A DNA stretch of 64,000 nt from Candidatus Parcubacteria bacterium (GCA_963766795.1 CAVYBN010000008.1:32696-96695), one strand, 5' to 3'. Counted from the stretch's first letter, positions 1-9,602 are shown. Notes: a model not told the origin generated them from the letters alone. Translations and numbers: made by a program.

Positions 1-1506
1 ATACTCCTTCAGCCGCTCCGGCATGATCGCCTTCACGCCCAATTCATCGTTCAATCTCTGCGCCAAGTGCATCGAAGCGCCCGGCTCGCCCATGACAACG
101 AATACTTCTTTCAATCGGTCGGTAGCAGTCGATACGAATTGCACCAGATGGTCGCCGTCTTTATGGGCCGAATAGCCGTAGAGCGTCTCGATATGCGCTT
201 TGACTTCTACATTCTTGCCTTGGATACGCACTTTTTTGGCTCCGTCGGCCAATTCGCGCCCGAGCGAGCCGGCAGCCTGATAGCCGACAAGCAGGATCGT
301 GCTCCGCGGATCCGGCAGATAATGCTCCTCGTGGCCGACCACGCGCCCGCCGACCGACATGCCCGAGCCGGCTAGGATGATCTTGGCGCCTTTCCAATGC
401 TCGATGCCGCGCGACTCGCCTTGCGAGAGCACGTATTCCAAGTGCGGGAACTTGAAGATGTCATTACCGGCCTTGATCTCCGCCAGTGCGCGTTCGTTGA
501 ATAGATCTTCATTGGACTTGTATATCTCCGTGGCCTTGATGGCCATAGGCGAATCCACAAAGACTTTGACCGAAGGGATCCTCTTTTGCTTCACAAGCAG
601 GTCGAGCTCATACAATAGCACTTGGGTGCGGTCGATCGAGAATGTCGGGATGACCAGCGTGCCGCCGCGCGCCAGAGCCGCTTTGATGATGCTCTCGAGC
701 TTGGCCTCGCGCTCTTCCTTGGGCTCGTGATTGCGGTCGCCGTAAGTGCTTTCCATCACCAGATAATCGACGTCGCCGACCGGCTCGGCATCGCGCAGGA
801 GCGGTGACCGGTGAATTGCCGAGATCGCCGGTGAAGAGGAGCTTCAAGGGTTCAGAGTGCAGGGTGCAGGGTACAGTCTGTGATCCAGTTTTGGCTTTAT
901 TCTGACCTCCGAAGTCTTGGTGTAGGAAGTGGCGAAGGAGGTTGGGTTTTGTGTCTTAAGATCCTCTGTACCCTGTCCCCTGTACCCTGTCCCCTGTACT
1001 GTCACTTCAATCATCGCTGACCCCAAAATGTGGCCCGCGTCTTTCAAAAATATCGAGATATCGTCGTTCAATTTGAATGCCTGATGATATTCAATCGTCT
1101 TCCATAGCGGAAAGACTCTTTGTACGTCTTCGATGCCATAGAGCGCCGCCGCGCCTTCATGTGCGGCTTCAGCAGTCATGATCGAGACCGCGTCATTCAA
1201 GACTAACTCAGCCAGTGCCTTTGTTTGCGGAGTCGAGTAGATCGTGCCTTTGAAGCCTTCCTTGACCAGCTTGGGGATGCGGCCGACGTGGTCGAGATGC
1301 GCGTGCGTCACGAACAGGGCTTGGATCGAAGCCGGCGCATACGGGAATGCCTCGCTGTTCTCCGGCAGAGCCACCTTCTCGCCTTGAACCAGTCCGCAGT
1401 CGATCAGGATCTTGGTGCCAGCCGGCGATTCCAATAAGAAGTTAGCGCCGGTAACTGTGCCAACGCCTGCGGCAAAAGTGATCTTTGCCTTTGAAGGATC
1501 ATCCAT
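1..1506 (-). pseudogene. MBL-fold beta-CASP hydrolase (RNase J/CPSF-like); 3' end lies outside the window; reading frame interrupted
   Basis: The ORF from 1506 down to 844 carries the HAHLDH metal motif. Manual translation downstream gives LLFTGDLGN, DYLVMESTYGDRNH and YSAHKDGDH. A roughly 150-nt hairpin element (848-999) brings an in-frame TGA at 844-846. A further 1-nt frame change lies near 812. Confidence 0.6.
848..999. repeat. Heptad-word hairpin element (GGGTACA/GGGGACA words) inserted inside the beta-CASP gene
   Basis: Arm 848-876 (gggttcagagtgcagggtgcagggtacag) opposes arm 966-999 (ctgtaccctgtcccctgtaccctgtcccctgtac). The loop contains a CCTCC...GGAGG sub-stem. Confidence 0.7.
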
Positions 1507-1528
1507 GGCTCTATTGTAGCATCCAATC

Positions 1529-1560
1529 GAAAACGTCCCGATGTACATCGGGACGTTTTC
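1529..1560 (-). terminator. Perfect hairpin with flanking A and T tracts, downstream of ndk; possibly bidirectional
   Basis: The sequence gaaaacgtcccgatg-ta-catcgggacgttttc gives a 15-bp perfect stem with A4 and T4 flanks. Confidence 0.6.
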
Positions 1561-1816
1561 AATGGGTCGCGAGAGATATACCCGCTTGCGCAGGTGGGAC
1601 GTCTCACACCCAATGCCGATGGCACGGATGAATTTGAACAGCCGAACTGTTCGTCGATGTCCCGTATATATTTATTTTGTTGGATTTATGCTCTCGCAAC
1701 CTGTATACATTTTAGTCCGTGAATCGACAGGCGCAAGGGGGATAACGAGTTGTGCCATGATTTTTCGCATCGTGGCAAAGTTGACAAAAGAATCTTGGAG
1801 GAGTATGCGGAGACCT

Positions 1817-2428
1817 CTAGCCGAGCAAGCCTTCGAGCTCCGGCGCGTATGTGATCGCTTCTTGCACGAGCTTGTAGTCGATGATCTCCCCTTTTTTGAA
1901 CCAATGCGCGATCTCGTCCTCGGCTTCCTTGACCGAGCCCGAGGCATGGACCAAGTTACGGATGGCGCGGCCGTCGGCGTCGCTCATCGAATACGAATCG
2001 AGCACGAAATCCCCGCGGATGGTGCCGACATCGGAAGTGCGAGGCTCAGTGCCGCCAGTGAGCTTCCTCACCGTTTCCACCGCGTGCGCCCCTTGCCAAA
2101 CCATGACGAGCACAGGGCCCTTGGTCATGTACTTGACCAGATTCTTGAGGATGATGCCAGTGATGACGACCGGATCGGTATGCGGGGGCTTGAGGCCTTT
2201 GTCCGTATAGCCCTTGATGGTCTTCAAGCCAGTCTTCACCCGCCATTCCGGATCAAGCGTGTAATGCTTTTCGACAAGCTCCGCAGTCGGGACCATCATC
2301 TTCGCCGCGACGAGCTTCAATCCGATCTGCTCATAGCGCTTGATGATCTCGCCGATGAGGCCCCGCTGGATTCCGTCGGGCTTGATGATGACTAGCGTGC
2401 GCTCATGCTTGGGGTGGGTAGGTTTCAT
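1817..2428 (-). CDS. ndk: Nucleoside diphosphate kinase (long form)
   Basis: Motifs ERTLVIIKPDG, GTIRGDF and NLVHASGS. Intact 203-aa ORF. Confidence 0.85.
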   Translation of the reverse strand: MKPTHPKHERTLVIIKPDGIQRGLIGEIIKRYEQIGLKLVAAKMMVPTAELVEKHYTLDPEWRVKTGLKTIKGYTDKGLKPPHTDPVVITGIILKNLVKYMTKGPVLVMVWQGAHAVETVRKLTGGTEPRTSDVGTIRGDFVLDSYSMSDADGRAIRNLVHASGSVKEAEDEIAHWFKKGEIIDYKLVQEAITYAPELEGLLG

Positions 2429-2758
2429 AGAGGTGAATGATAGCGAAAAAGAATTTTAACTGGCATTAATCGCCTAGATCTTTTAGACTGTCAATGACTG
2501 TAATACGACCGGCATTTATATCGCGTTCCGCCCTATCAAGGCTCTGAATAAAATGCTCGTTAAACATGGCGATATTCTATCAAAAAATCGGGGATATGCA
2601 ACTATCTCACGCGCTACAATGTGAAGCTATTCAGGATTCCGTCAATGACACTTTTGGTACTTACGGTATCCGCCAGTCCTATGGAATAGAGATCGCCATC
2701 TTTCTCAAAGAAATAAGTTCTTTTACCAAGCCAATTACATTGCATATTTTTGAAATCC

Positions 2759-3526
2759 TTACGCCGTCAAAATCTCCGCGCCGCTCTTGGTGATGAGGAC
2801 GGTGTGCTCGAAATGCGCCGAGGGCTTGCCATCGGCGGTGCGGTAGGTCCACTCATCGGCGGCAAGGGCGATGCGGCGCGTGCCCAGATTGAACATCGGT
2901 TCGATGGCGATGACCAAGCCGGGAGAGAGGACTTCGCCTTGGCCGGCTTCGCCGTAATTCGGGACATAGGGATCCTCGTGGACGCGGAAACCGACTCCGT
3001 GGCCTGCCAATTCCTCGACAATGCCGTACTTCCCCGCTATGCCGATCAATTCGATGGCGCTAGAGATGTCGCCGACGCGCCGGCCGGCTTTGGCGGCTTT
3101 GATGCCTGCCATCAAGGCTTCCTTGGTGACGGAAAGCAGCTTCTCGAGCTCCGGAGAGATCGTGCCGACGCCCACGGTCACGGCCGCGTCGGTGATCAGG
3201 CCTTTGTGTACCAGGCCGAGGTCGAGCGAGACGATGTCGCCTTCTTGCAGGATCTTCTCGTCCTCGTTGGGTATGCCGTGGACGATCTCGTCATTCACGG
3301 AAACGCACAAAGACGCCGGGAATGGTCGGCTGGCTCCGCGCGGCTTGTAATTCAAGAACGCCGACTGGTCGCCGCCATTGGCGATCATCTCTTCGGCGCA
3401 AGCGTTCAATTCCGAGGCGGAAACGCCCGGTTGGACCAGTTTGACTAGCTCGCGCAATATAGCGGCATGGCGATGCCCACCTTCTCGCAAGATTGTGATA
3501 TCTTTCTTTGTTTTGAGAGTAATCAT
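2759..3526 (-). CDS. map: Methionine aminopeptidase type I
   Basis: 255-aa ORF with pita-bread fold motifs (GDIVSLDLG, GHGVG, AHFEHTV). It sits in the usual position after adk. Confidence 0.9.
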   Translation of the reverse strand: MITLKTKKDITILREGGHRHAAILRELVKLVQPGVSASELNACAEEMIANGGDQSAFLNYKPRGASRPFPASLCVSVNDEIVHGIPNEDEKILQEGDIVSLDLGLVHKGLITDAAVTVGVGTISPELEKLLSVTKEALMAGIKAAKAGRRVGDISSAIELIGIAGKYGIVEELAGHGVGFRVHEDPYVPNYGEAGQGEVLSPGLVIAIEPMFNLGTRRIALAADEWTYRTADGKPSAHFEHTVLITKSGAEILTA

Positions 3527-3618
3527 CTATTAAGGCGGACGAGGTAGAGATTCTGAAAGCCCGAGAACCTGTTTGAGCGAGCTGAGATCGCGTTGGTCCG
3601 GAGAATGCGGGAATTTGT

Positions 3619-3711
3619 GTCATCCCCGCGAAAGCGGGGATCTAGTGTCTTTGCTGTATGACCCTGGATTCCCGCTTGCGCCTTCGCTTCGCTCCGGCTT
3701 GCGGGAATGAC
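3619..3711. repeat. GC-rich palindromic element, composite copy (93 nt) in the adk-map spacer
   Basis: gtcatccccgcgaaagcggggatctag ... ctggattcccgc[expanded loop]gcgggaatgac. Same ends as the 84-bp copies at 49591, 55962 and 62487. Confidence 0.75.
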
Positions 3712-3768
3712 AACAGCATTCTTTACAGAGCTCTTCAATAGCTGCTGTCTCGTCCGCCGCCATTCAGA

Positions 3769-4362
3769 TTACCCCAAACCGACCTGCTTCACAATATCCG
3801 CGTGGATTGCTTCGACAGATCGTTCGCCATCGATCTTGAGGAAGCGATAATTCTTGTTGGTGCGGAAAAATTCCACGGCAGGCGCCACATCTGTCTCATA
3901 CCAGGCCAGACGCCTCTTGACGTCTTCGACGGTGTCATCGAAGCGCTTGCGCAGCAACAATCGCTTCAAGGCTTCTTCCGGACTGATGTCGATATTCAAA
4001 ACCCAAACAGTTTCGATGTTGTAGAATCCGAAAACTGAATCGAGCACGCCGGCTTCGTGGTACTTGCGAGGCGTGCCGTCGAAGATGATGTGCTCGTCGC
4101 CGGTGCAATTCTGAATGAGCGGATTTTCCCACATCTTTATGGCCAAAAATTCGGGTTGGAGCCCTCCGACATCGTTGACATCGCGGGACTTCTTCTGCGT
4201 GAATGATTCGCCTTTGACGAAGTCACGGAATTCTTGGCCAGTCTGGATGTAGAGGATGTCGCGCTTCGGATCCGCTTTTTTCAGATCTTCCATGAGGAGC
4301 TTCACCTGCGTCCCTTTGCCGCAGCCAGAACGGCCGATGAAGATGAAGGCTTGAGGTTTCAT
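3769..4362 (-). CDS. adk: Adenylate kinase family protein
   Basis: P-loop GRSGCGKGTQ; operon position between secY and map. Confidence 0.8.
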   Translation of the reverse strand: MKPQAFIFIGRSGCGKGTQVKLLMEDLKKADPKRDILYIQTGQEFRDFVKGESFTQKKSRDVNDVGGLQPEFLAIKMWENPLIQNCTGDEHIIFDGTPRKYHEAGVLDSVFGFYNIETVWVLNIDISPEEALKRLLLRKRFDDTVEDVKRRLAWYETDVAPAVEFFRTNKNYRFLKIDGERSVEAIHADIVKQVGLG

Positions 4363-4450
4363 TGGGGATAGTTTACAGTGAAAAGGGCAAAGTGCAAAGT
4401 GACAGTCAGCTTAAAATTCTAGAAGCAACATCTCCTTTTCGTCAGAAAAT

Positions 4451-5438
4451 CAGAGGTATCCCCGCACGGCCTAATTTGCTGAATTGATATATACTTTGTT
4501 GCGTGAAGAGAGCGGAATTTCTTGCGCTTTTGAGGCGCGTAATACGATATCAAGCAAGGTCAGGAAGCGTTTCCTGTCGTTGCTCCGGTTGTTGTAGTGG
4601 AAAACAAAGCCGTTTAGGTACTCCTCCAAATGCTGTTTCGAAACGCCCTTGTGCGTCCCGGCAACGCTCCGCTTGACGTGCGACCAGAACGATTCGACCG
4701 TGTTGACGTGAACGTCCCCGCGGACATACTCCTTCCGGTGATGGTCCACGGCATGATGATCATACAGCCTTCCGACTTTGACGAATGTGTTGCTCTTGTC
4801 GGTCATGAGGCGCGTTCCGGGCTCGATATGACGGAGAACGAAATCGCCGGTCGGCGCCGTTCCCATTCCAATGACCGTCTTGGCTCGCATGTCCCCGCCT
4901 CGTTCGACGGCTGCCATGGCCTTGGATTTCCTCTCGAAGGCCTCCCTGAGCCGCTTTCCGTCTTTTGGACCGGTCTTTCTGCCGCCAAAGTACGCCCCAT
5001 CGGTTTCAACATCACCGACAAGCCTTTTAATGCCTTGCTTCAGCGAGGTTCTGATCTCGTGGAGGATCCTCCATGCGCACTTGTATGTGACGGCCAAGTG
5101 ACGCTCCAATTGCTTGGCCGAGACGCCGCTTTTGGCATTGGAGAAAACCATGAGAGCGTGGAACCAGAGCACGAACGGAGTCGATGATTTCTCGAATACC
5201 GTACCGACGGCCGGGGCGATCTCGGAACGGCACCTGCCGCATTGAAATTTTTTGCGCTCATTGCGAAGAGCATAGGTACCGCCGCATGAACATCTGCGGG
5301 TATGAAGCGAATCAAATATGAATTCGAGACAGGCCTTGTTCGTCGGAAAATCGCGGTGAAGCTCGCGGATCCCGTATTTGGATGACCTGGCCATGCGGTA
5401 ATTCTATCAGCAAATTAGGCCGTGCGGGGATACCTCTC
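4451..5438 (-). mobile_element. IS1595-family insertion sequence (988 bp) between secY and adk
   Basis: Terminal inverted repeats cagaggtatccccgcacggcctaatttgctga and tcagcaaattaggccgtgcggggatacctctc. The 8-bp direct repeat cagaaaat occurs at 4443-4450 and 5439-5446. Confidence 0.85.
4471..5394 (-). CDS. IS1595/ISXO2-like DDE transposase with N-terminal zinc ribbon
   Basis: Cys clusters (CSCGG...CGRC) and the C-terminal signature NTVESFWSHVKR...HLEEYLNGFVFHYNNR. Confidence 0.85.
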   Translation of the reverse strand: MARSSKYGIRELHRDFPTNKACLEFIFDSLHTRRCSCGGTYALRNERKKFQCGRCRSEIAPAVGTVFEKSSTPFVLWFHALMVFSNAKSGVSAKQLERHLAVTYKCAWRILHEIRTSLKQGIKRLVGDVETDGAYFGGRKTGPKDGKRLREAFERKSKAMAAVERGGDMRAKTVIGMGTAPTGDFVLRHIEPGTRLMTDKSNTFVKVGRLYDHHAVDHHRKEYVRGDVHVNTVESFWSHVKRSVAGTHKGVSKQHLEEYLNGFVFHYNNRSNDRKRFLTLLDIVLRASKAQEIPLSSRNKVYINSAN

Positions 5439-5620
5439 CAGAAAATTCTAAGTCAAAACCACAAAAGCATGGTCTAGTAACATAGGCGGCATAAGGCTCA
5501 TTGGGGACGAGAAAATATTGTATGACAAATAAGTGCCCTTCAGTTTTTTCGAGGAAAAGGATAGTATTTCGCCCGCCGACGTAAAACAAGCCTCATTAAA
5601 AGGCTGTTCTATTAGTATTC

Positions 5621-6913
5621 TTAATACTCCCTCATCGCTACTTGAGCATCGATCTTTTTGAGCAAATCAAGAACCACGGAAACCACGATCAATAGCGCGG
5701 TGCCGCCAACGGCGAAGGATTGGGTGCTGTCGGGCGAGAGGCTTTGGATGATGAGAGGCAGTATGGCCACACAACCGAGGAAGATGGCGCCGACCAGCGT
5801 GATGCGCGTGACGATGTTGGCCAGATAGTCGCGGGTATGCTCGCCGGGACGCACGCCGGGGATGAAGGCGCCGCTTTGCTGGAGATTTTCGGAGATCATC
5901 TGGGGATCAAAGGTCACGGCCGTGTAGAAATAAGTGAACAAGACGACCATCAGGAAATAGAAGACGCCGTAGAACCACGACGGCGGCGTGAGGAGGAGCG
6001 CCAAGGATTGCGACCAGGAAGCGATCAGCGGATACGCCGCCCATTTAGCCAGAGCATTGAAGATGATCTGCGGGAACAAGAGGATCGAAAGGGCGAAGAT
6101 GATAGGGATGACGCCAGACTGATTCAAGCGGAGCGGCAGATAGGTCGAGGCGCCGCCGTAGACTTTGTTGCCGCGGACCTGTTTGGCGTAAGTCACGGGC
6201 ACGGAGCGCTCAGCCTCGGTGACATAGACCACGCCGGCCACGGCAAGGACCGCCACGGCAAGGACGATGATGTAGAAAGGCAGATTGGCGAAGCCGGAGC
6301 TGGCCAGCTTCTGGTAATTCTGGACGAAGCCCACGGGCAGGCGCGCCACGATGCCGGCGAAGATGATCAGCGAGACGCCGTTCCCGATGCCGAATTCAGA
6401 GACCAATTCGCCCAGCCACATAAGGAGGATCGAGCCGCCGACGACGATGATGACGTTCTCGGCAAAAGCGAAGGCCGAGAGGTGCGGCAGGACGTTCTGC
6501 GTCTCGAAGAGGATCAGGTAGCCGATGCCTTGCAGGATGCCCAAGGGCACTGATAGCAGGCGCGAATATTGCGAGAGCTTGTTGCGGCCGGCCTCCCCTT
6601 CCTCATGCATCAAGGCTTTCCATTTCGGGAAGACCATGGTGAGAACTTGGATGATGATCGAGCCGGTGATGAAAGGGCCGACTCCGAGCATCACGATCGA
6701 GAGGTTCGACAAGCCGCCGCCCGAGAAGATGTTCAGGAATCCGAAGAGCTGGCTGGAATTGAGCAGGTTCGACAAAGTCGCCGGATTGACGCTCGGGATG
6801 GGGATAGCTGCCAGAACGCGGAATATGATCAGCGCCAATATCGTGAAGCCGATCCTTTTCCGCAGGATCGGATCCTTGAATATGACTGTGATCTTTTGGA
6901 TGAGGTTCTGCAT
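5621..6913 (-). CDS. secY: Preprotein translocase subunit SecY
   Basis: 430-aa polytopic ORF directly after rplO, with typical SecY sequence. Confidence 0.95.
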   Translation of the reverse strand: MQNLIQKITVIFKDPILRKRIGFTILALIIFRVLAAIPIPSVNPATLSNLLNSSQLFGFLNIFSGGGLSNLSIVMLGVGPFITGSIIIQVLTMVFPKWKALMHEEGEAGRNKLSQYSRLLSVPLGILQGIGYLILFETQNVLPHLSAFAFAENVIIVVGGSILLMWLGELVSEFGIGNGVSLIIFAGIVARLPVGFVQNYQKLASSGFANLPFYIIVLAVAVLAVAGVVYVTEAERSVPVTYAKQVRGNKVYGGASTYLPLRLNQSGVIPIIFALSILLFPQIIFNALAKWAAYPLIASWSQSLALLLTPPSWFYGVFYFLMVVLFTYFYTAVTFDPQMISENLQQSGAFIPGVRPGEHTRDYLANIVTRITLVGAIFLGCVAILPLIIQSLSPDSTQSFAVGGTALLIVVSVVLDLLKKIDAQVAMREY

Positions 6914-6916
6914 GGT

Positions 6917-7495
6917 CTAGGAAGATTTCTTGTTGGCTTTCTTATTTGAATCCTTGGAAGCTTCCGCCTTTCCTTTAGGCCCATTCGAATCAGTCGTTCC
7001 CGCCTTCGGCCCGGTCCTCTCGGCAACGATCTTAGTCTTGGCCTTGGGCTTCACAAGCGTGACCGTACCACCAGCCTTTTCTATAGCAGCCTTGGCAGAT
7101 TCCGAGACGGCGCAACCCGAGACCTTGAATGATTTGGTGAGCGCATCACCGCCGAGGATCTTGACCTCGAGGATGCGGCCTGACAGCGTCGAGACAATGC
7201 CCTTCTCTGCGAGGATAGCCGGGTTGATCATGTCGCCCGAAGCGAAGGCGTTCTCGAGCAGATCCAAACCTACCGGGATCGGCCTCTTATAGAAAGAGAT
7301 GTTGGAATTCTTGCCGCGGCCGCGGAGCTTCGGAAGCTTCTTGATGATGTCGCGCCATTCCGGGCGGCGCTTGTTGCCGGCGCGGGCAGTCTGACCCTTG
7401 CCGCCGCGGCCGGAGGTCTTGCCGCGCTTGCCGCCGCGGGCGACGATCATGCGTTTGGTATTGGGGTGATTGCGTTGTAATTGATTGGTTTGCAT
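6917..7495 (-). CDS. rplO: 50S ribosomal protein L15 with Lys/Ala-rich C-terminal extension
   Basis: GGKRGKTSGRGGKGQTARAG motif. It follows rpsE directly, with no rpmD between them. Confidence 0.9.
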   Translation of the reverse strand: MQTNQLQRNHPNTKRMIVARGGKRGKTSGRGGKGQTARAGNKRRPEWRDIIKKLPKLRGRGKNSNISFYKRPIPVGLDLLENAFASGDMINPAILAEKGIVSTLSGRILEVKILGGDALTKSFKVSGCAVSESAKAAIEKAGGTVTLVKPKAKTKIVAERTGPKAGTTDSNGPKGKAEASKDSNKKANKKSS

Positions 7496-7636
7496 GATGA
7501 TTAGAATTCAAAACTCAAATCACAAATTCCAGAGAAGCTCCAGAATTCAAATTCCAAAGGATCATCCCTATTCTTTGAGATTTGAATTTTGGGATTTATC
7601 TGGGATTTGGATTTTGAAATTTGGATTTTCATATTA
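7496..7636. repeat. Heptad-word hairpin spacer, family A
   Basis: The core tcaaatcacaaattccagagaagctccagaattcaaat opposes tttgaattttgggatttatctgggatttggattttgaaatttgg. It fills the whole rpsE-rplO gap. Confidence 0.8.
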
Positions 7637-8431
7637 TTATTTGGTGCTCCTATATTCTTTTTTGGGAGTTTTAATCAGTTGTTCAAGAGCGGCGATCGCG
7701 ACTCTGGCGTTGTTCAAACGGTTCTTCGAGCCGGAAAGATATTTGGCGCAGACGTCCTTGATGCCGGCGAGCTCGATCACGGCGCGGGCCGACGAGCCGG
7801 CGACTACGCCGCGGCCGCGAGCCGGGAAGATCTTGATCATGGCGCTGCCCCATTTGGCTTCGACGGCGTGCGGTATGGTTTGAGCCGGAGAGAGCGGCAC
7901 TCTGATGAGATGCTTCTTGGCTTCGCGAGTGGCCTTTTCGACGGCTCCCGCCGTGTCCGAGCCTTTGCCCAAGCCCACTCCGACGCGGCCCTTATGGTCG
8001 CCGGCCACCACGGCCACGCTGAAATTCATGCGCCGGCCGCCGGCAGTCACGCGGGTGACGCGACGGATGTCGATGATCTTGGAATCGAATTCGGGCTTGA
8101 CGCGCTCGCGGCTGTCGCCGCCCCTGCCTCCTCTGCCGCCGCGCGAGCTACCGCGTCCCAGCCCCTGACCTCCGGCTCCGGGGCCGCTGCCTCGTCCGCC
8201 GCGCCGGGCATTGTCCTGGACTCCGCGCAGCTTACGCCCGGGAGTGACTTTGCCGACAGGCGCAGCCATGGGAGCGGCCGCCGGAACACCGGCCGGGGCT
8301 TCAGCTTTGACAACGGATTCGTCTTCGAGAATGGCCGCGACGTCTACGCCGGTCGCCGGAATCGCGACCTTCAAGGCCGCCTCGTCGGCTCCGTTCATGT
8401 CTGCATTGGTTTTTATCTCTTTGGCTGTCAT
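7637..8431 (-). CDS. rpsE: 30S ribosomal protein S5 with roughly 100-aa N-terminal extension
   Basis: The C-terminal two thirds is canonical S5 (RRMNFSVAVVAGD...GVVAGSSARAVIELAGI). Confidence 0.9.
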   Translation of the reverse strand: MTAKEIKTNADMNGADEAALKVAIPATGVDVAAILEDESVVKAEAPAGVPAAAPMAAPVGKVTPGRKLRGVQDNARRGGRGSGPGAGGQGLGRGSSRGGRGGRGGDSRERVKPEFDSKIIDIRRVTRVTAGGRRMNFSVAVVAGDHKGRVGVGLGKGSDTAGAVEKATREAKKHLIRVPLSPAQTIPHAVEAKWGSAMIKIFPARGRGVVAGSSARAVIELAGIKDVCAKYLSGSKNRLNNARVAIAALEQLIKTPKKEYRSTK

Positions 8432-8443
8432 GTTTTTTGGATA

Positions 8444-8794
8444 TTAAAATTCGAGTCCTCCGGCGCGCGCCGCATCCGCCACCATGGCGATCTTGCCGCC
8501 GTAGATGTAGCCGCCGCGGTCGAAGACCACTTTGGTGATCTTGGCCGCCTTGGCCATCTTGGCGATCTCGATGCCGACTTCCTTGGCGCGATCCACGGGC
8601 TTGGCGCCTTTGACCTTGCGTGAATCGACCGATGCCAGAGTATGGCCCTTGTCGTCATCGATGATCTGGGCGTAGAGATAGCGGTGCGACTTGAAGATCG
8701 CCAATCGCGGCCGCTCGGCCGTGCCTTTGATCTTGGCGCGGATCCTGGCCCGGCGCCGTTCGAAGTTAGCTTGTTTTTTCTGGATGATCTTCAT
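8444..8794 (-). CDS. rplR: 50S ribosomal protein L18
   Basis: The start is set at MKIIQKK (ATG 8794). The longer ORF to 8842 translates the hairpin spacer. Confidence 0.9.
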   Translation of the reverse strand: MKIIQKKQANFERRRARIRAKIKGTAERPRLAIFKSHRYLYAQIIDDDKGHTLASVDSRKVKGAKPVDRAKEVGIEIAKMAKAAKITKVVFDRGGYIYGGKIAMVADAARAGGLEF

Positions 8795-8922
8795 GATAGT
8801 AAATTCAAAAGGCAAAAGGCAAAAGGCAAAATTGAAATTCAAAATTTAAAATTGAATTTGCGACAGAACTTTTGACTTTTGACTTTAACTTTTGCATTTT
8901 GATTTTTGAATTTTGACTTATA
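8795..8922. repeat. Heptad-word hairpin spacer, family B
   Basis: The left arm, (aaaggca)x3 then aaattga aattcaa aatttaa, opposes ttttgac ttttgac tttaac ttttgca ttttgat. Near-identical copy at 13285-13404. Confidence 0.8.
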
Positions 8923-9456
8923 TTACGCCGCCTTTTTGCCTTGCTTTCTCCTGATGATCTCGTCAGAGTAACGCACTCCTTTACCCAGGTACGGCTCCGG
9001 CTTCTTCTTGGAACGGATCTCGGCGGCGAACTGCCCGACCTTCTCGCAATCGATGCCCGTAACAGTTATGCCAGTCTTGTCCGAGACGACTTTCAAGTCA
9101 GCCGGGATCGGCATGACGACCGGATGCGAGAAGCCGAGCGCCATGACCAGATCCTTGCCTTTGACGTCGGCCTTGAAGCCGATGCCTTCGACGATCAGCT
9201 TCTTCTCGTAAGCCTTGTTGACGCCGGCGATCATGTTCTTGATATGCGAAACATAGGTGCCGAGTAGGACCGGCGTCTCGGGAGCTTCATGGGCGGCGGT
9301 CGAGAGTGACCAAGCCGGGCTCGATCGTGACCTTCACGTTCGGGCGAAAGGCTTTCGAAAGCGTGCCGAGCGGGCCTTTGACAGTCAGCGTGCCAGCCGA
9401 ATATGTGACTTCGGTCTTGGCCGGTATGACGATGGGTTTTTTGGCGAGTCTTGACA
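8923..9456 (-). CDS. rplF: 50S ribosomal protein L6, with a single frame break near 9298-9310
   Basis: The N-terminal part MSRLAKKPIVIPAKTEV...EPGLVTL (from ATG 9456) stops prematurely. The rest (TAAHEAPETPVLLGTYVSHIKNMIAGV...) continues in the +1 frame as ORF 8923-9234. Confidence 0.8.
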
Positions 9457-9602
9457 TAGTAATTAAATTCCAGATTTCAAATCACAAATTCCAGAGAAGC
9501 TCCAGAATTCAAATCTCAAAACATCCTTCAAATTCCTTGAAATTTGGACTTTGGAATTTTTCTGTAATTTGGACTTTGAATTTTGGATTTTCATGATAGT
9601 GA
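9457..9602. repeat. Heptad-word hairpin spacer, family A
   Basis: Same core as 7496-7636 (tcaaatcacaaattccagagaagctccagaattcaaat). Confidence 0.8.

Noticed and set aside
844-846. Reassignment of UGA (genetic code 25 or 4) as a way to read through the TGA in the beta-CASP gene.
   Set aside because: TGA ends well-conserved genes at their expected termini (pgk at 58803, comEC at 52330). Read-through would also leave the conserved LLFTGDLGN motif out of frame.
1541-2395. A 284-aa + strand ORF opposite ndk.
   Set aside because: It is a shadow ORF antisense to a well-supported gene in GC-rich sequence. Its composition is Arg/Asp/Leu-rich junk with no motifs.
2440-2758. An AT-rich gap between ndk and map, with a 75-aa + strand ORF (2566-2793) and two short - strand ORFs (MQCNWLGKRTYFFEKDGDLYSIGLADT... 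and MFNEHFIQSLDRAERDINAGRITVIDSLKDLGD).
   Set aside because: The + strand ORF runs into map on the opposite strand and has no motifs. The - strand peptides look like toxin-antitoxin remnants (the second resembles an antitoxin C-terminus), but they are too short and fragmentary to call.
5720-6553. A 277-aa + strand ORF opposite secY. Similar long antisense ORFs occur at 7589-8623, 12760-13239, 17334-17963, 27032-27817, 33114-33863, 34908-35624, 57075-57659, 59415-60098, 60234-60743 and 61167-61907.
   Set aside because: Each lies antisense to a confidently identified gene, shows the low-complexity D/R/G/A-rich composition typical of GC-rich shadow frames, and has no recognisable domains.
7496-7636. 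The periodic short repeats in the spacers were considered as CRISPR arrays.
   Set aside because: The period is about 7 nt with no unique spacers of CRISPR size. The arms are inverted relative to each other. No cas genes are present.
8795-8842. N-terminal extensions in the ORF track, such as MNFNFAFCLLPFEFTI (rplR), MHFAFCLLPLIT (rplE), MHFAFNI (rplV), MELMIYLDFVIWVLEFSNN (rpsC), MKIINLQSSIVIT (rpsJ) and MQGRTRVLKPTSATIRSDNQ (rplC).
   Set aside because: These residues translate the hairpin spacers. A canonical r-protein N-terminus with its own ATG follows in each case, so the downstream starts were used.
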